From assembly GCA_963816395.1 (NCBI GenBank), contig CAWFKQ010000010.1, positions 96,001 through 160,000 of the forward strand: a stretch of DNA of 64,000 nt, given 5' to 3'. Made by a program: the position numbers and the translations under genes. Positions 61,494-64,000 of this stretch are shown piece after piece; positions within the stretch are counted from its first letter, which is position 1, and each line of letters starts with the position of its first letter. The notes below the pieces were generated by a model. The model did not search any database, was not told the origin of the DNA, and was given only the letters and a program-made list of their open reading frames with translations. The stretch is from an uncultured delta proteobacterium. Its GTDB lineage: Bacteria; Desulfobacterota; Desulfuromonadia; Desulfuromonadales; JACZKF01.

Positions 61494-62849
61494 ATGCAGA
61501 CGAAGATTTTACTGCCCGAAGACCGCATCCCGAAACAGTGGTACAACATCATCCCCGACTTGCCCGGTCCCCTTTCGCCGGTGATCCATCCAGGAACGCT
61601 GCAGCCGGTCACCCCGGACGATCTGCTGCCGCTCTTTCCGATGGGACTTATCGAGCAGGAAGTCTCCGGCGAGCGCTGGATCGATATCCCCGAGCCGGTG
61701 CGGGAGATCTACCGGATGTGGCGACCGTCGCCTCTCTTCCGCGCCCATCGGCTCGAAAAAGCCCTCGGTACCCCGGCGAAGATCTACTACAAGTATGAAG
61801 GGGTGTCGCCAGCCGGCAGTCACAAGCCGAACACCGCCATCCCCCAGGCCTACTACAACAAGGTCGCCGGCACCAGGCGCATTGCCAGCGAGACCGGCGC
61901 CGGCCAGTGGGGATCCTCCATCGCCCTGGCCTGCCAACTCTTCGGCCTGGAATGTACCATTTATATGGTCAAGGTATCCTATAGCCAGAAGCCTTATCGC
62001 AAGAGCATGATGGAGCTCTGGGGAGCGAATGTAATCCCCTCGCCGTCGAACCAGACCAACGCCGGCCGTTCGATCCTTGCTCGGCATCCGGATAGCAATG
62101 GCTCGCTGGGGATCGCGATCAGCGAGGCGGTGGAGGACGCGGCGACTCGCGAGGACACCCGCTACGCGCTGGGCAGCGTGCTCAACCACGTTTGCTTGCA
62201 CCAGACGGTGATCGGTCTGGAAGCTAAGGAGCAGATGGCGATTGCCGGCGACTATCCGGATGTGGTCATCGCCTGTCACGGCGGCGGCTCAAACTTCGCC
62301 GGCATCTCCTTCCCTTTCCTCGCCGACAAGGCGGCCGGCAAACCGGTGCGCCTCCTGGCGGTGGAGCCGACCTCCTGTCCGACGCTGACCAAGGGCGTTT
62401 ACCAATTTGATTACGGCGATACTGCCAAAATGGCGCCTGTCGCCCGTATGTTCACCCTTGGCCATGATTTCATGCCGCCGGGCATCCACGCCGGTGGGCT
62501 GCGCTACCATGGCGCCTCGCCGCTCGTCTCGCAGTTGCTCCATGCCGGGTTGATTGAGGCAAAGGCGGTCGGGCAGACCGACTGTTTCGAAGCGGCGGTG
62601 CAGTTCTCCCGTACGGAAGGGATCATCCCCGCCCCCGAGTCGTCCCACGCCATCCGCGCGGCGATCGACGAGGCGCTGCAAGCTAAGGAGGAAGGCAAGG
62701 AGAAGACCATCCTCTTCAATCTCTCCGGACACGGTCATGTCGATATGGCTGCCTACGACGCGTTCTTCTCCGGGGAATTGGAAAATTTCGAATACCCGAG
62801 CGAGGCGATCGCCGAGTCGTTGAAGCATCTGCCTAAGGTGGCAGGTTAG
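61494..62849 (+). CDS. trpB2: TrpB2 (TrpB-like PLP enzyme)
   Basis: [41 protein letters not shown]. Confidence 0.92.
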   Translation: MQTKILLPEDRIPKQWYNIIPDLPGPLSPVIHPGTLQPVTPDDLLPLFPMGLIEQEVSGERWIDIPEPVREIYRMWRPSPLFRAHRLEKALGTPAKIYYKYEGVSPAGSHKPNTAIPQAYYNKVAGTRRIASETGAGQWGSSIALACQLFGLECTIYMVKVSYSQKPYRKSMMELWGANVIPSPSNQTNAGRSILARHPDSNGSLGIAISEAVEDAATREDTRYALGSVLNHVCLHQTVIGLEAKEQMAIAGDYPDVVIACHGGGSNFAGISFPFLADKAAGKPVRLLAVEPTSCPTLTKGVYQFDYGDTAKMAPVARMFTLGHDFMPPGIHAGGLRYHGASPLVSQLLHAGLIEAKAVGQTDCFEAAVQFSRTEGIIPAPESSHAIRAAIDEALQAKEEGKEKTILFNLSGHGHVDMAAYDAFFSGELENFEYPSEAIAESLKHLPKVAG

Positions 62850-62895
62850 AGGCAAGGCGGAGGCTTCTTCTCCGTTGCCTCTTGCCGGTTCATCT

Positions 62896-63508
62896 ATGGT
62901 CAAAGTCAAAATCTGCGGCATCACCAATATCGACGATGCTCGCCACGCTGCAGCATGCGGGGCCGATGCCCTGGGGTTCGTTTTTTACGAGAAAAGCCCG
63001 CGGTGCGTGACTCCGGAGCAGGCCCGGACAATCGTCAGCGGTCTGCCGCCATTCGTGACCGCGGTCGGACTCTTTGTCGACGAGGAACCCGAGCGCATCC
63101 GGGAGATCGCCGCTTTCTGCGGTCTGGACGTCCTGCAACTGCACGGTGGCGAGCCGCCGGAAGCCTGCCGGCTGGCGCCGCTGGCGGACCGTCAAGGCGC
63201 TGCGGGTGCGGGATGAGGCGAGTCTGGCCGGGATTGACGCCTGGCCGGTTTCGGCCCTCCTGCTGGATGCCTGGTCGCCGGACAGCTTCGGGGGCACCGG
63301 CCGCACCTTCGATTGGGACCTTGCCGAGCGGATCGCGTCCGGAATGCCGGTGATCCTCGCCGGTGGCTTGACCCCTGAGAACGTGGCCGAAGCGGTGCGG
63401 AGGGTGCGCCCCTACGCCGTGGATGTATCCAGCGGAGTGGAGGCGGCACCGGGGGCAAAGGACCCGGTGAAGGTGGCTGCTTTTATTCGAAATGCCAAGG
63501 GATTTTAG
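62896..63508 (+). CDS. trpF: Phosphoribosylanthranilate isomerase (insertion at 63181)
   Basis: KICGIT, QLHG, GGTGRTFDW, LAGGLTPENV, DVSSGVE. Confidence 0.95.
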
Positions 63509-63549
63509 GAGCGAACGGGTTCGCACAGGGCGATGAAAATTCGCCCTAT
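63505..63549. repeat. Degenerate REP-like palindrome pair
   Basis: TAGGAGCGAAC-gg-GTTCGC and AGGGCGA-tgaaaat-TCGCCCTA hairpins in the trpF-trpB spacer. Confidence 0.4.
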
Positions 63550-63566
63550 TTGCTAAAGGACAGTCC

Positions 63567-64000
63567 ATGTACGATTTTCCCGACCCAAGAGGTCATTTCG
63601 GCGAGTTCGGCGGCCGTTATGTGGCCGAAACCCTGATGCCGGCCCTGCTGGAGTTGGAAGAAGCCTATCGGGCGGCCATGCGGGACCCCGCCTTTCAGGC
63701 GGAGCTGGATTATTTTCTGCAGCATTATGTCGGTCGTCCCAGTCCACTCTATTTCGCTCGCCGCCTCACAGATCATCTGGGCGGGGCGAAGATCTATCTG
63801 AAGCGGGAGGATCTCAATCACACCGGCGCTCACAAGGTGAACAACACCGTTGGCCAGGCGCTGCTGGCCAGGCGCATGGGAAAGGCCAAGGTGATCGCCG
63901 AGACCGGAGCCGGTCAGCACGGGGTGGCCACCGCCACGGTCGCCGCACTGTTCGGCATGGAGTGCCAGGTCTTCATGGGGACCGAGGATATCCGTCGGCA
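63567..64000 (+). CDS. trpB: Tryptophan synthase beta chain (3' truncated by window)
   Basis: Manual translation [48 protein letters not shown]. Confidence 0.95.
   Translation, partial: MYDFPDPRGHFGEFGGRYVAETLMPALLELEEAYRAAMRDPAFQAELDYFLQHYVGRPSPLYFARRLTDHLGGAKIYLKREDLNHTGAHKVNNTVGQALLARRMGKAKVIAETGAGQHGVATATVAALFGMECQVFMGTEDIRR

Overview
GC-rich bacterial chromosome segment. Gene content and order (proS-pyrF-rlmB, trpE-G-D-C-B2-F-B, map-rpmJ without infA) suggest a Desulfuromonas/Geobacter-type deltaproteobacterium; this is an inference. Left to right: (1) 1-8.4 kb, a stress/protein-quality cluster (glycogen phosphorylase 3' end, flippase-like membrane protein, broken P-type ATPase, Hsp20-Lon pair, PRC-barrel, second Hsp20, CBS protein, thioredoxin/DsbD-like membrane protein); (2) 8.5-12.4 kb, tRNA-Sec, an unannotated 54-aa ORF, yedF, rlmD, ispG; (3) 12.5-19.4 kb, a minus-strand block between ispG and proS holding a Ycf46-like AAA ATPase and a five-gene operon (TPR-like lipoprotein, MotA/TolQ/ExbB, ExbD/TolR-like, Pro-rich TonB/TolA-like, large exported helical protein) with no TonB-dependent receptor, TolB or Pal, which is the best candidate for an undescribed system; (4) proS, DUF4388-like gene, pyrF, rlmB; (5) 24.2-57.3 kb, an uninterrupted tRNA-tuf-secE-nusG-rplKAJL-rpoBC-str-S10-spc-alpha superoperon with two tuf copies; (6) the trp operon, running off the right end. 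About 25 single-base indels break reading frames, including in essential genes. Many of the insertions are two alternative wobble bases written in tandem, which points to a mixed-strain consensus artefact rather than pseudogenes. No CRISPR, rRNA, integrase or transposase was seen.
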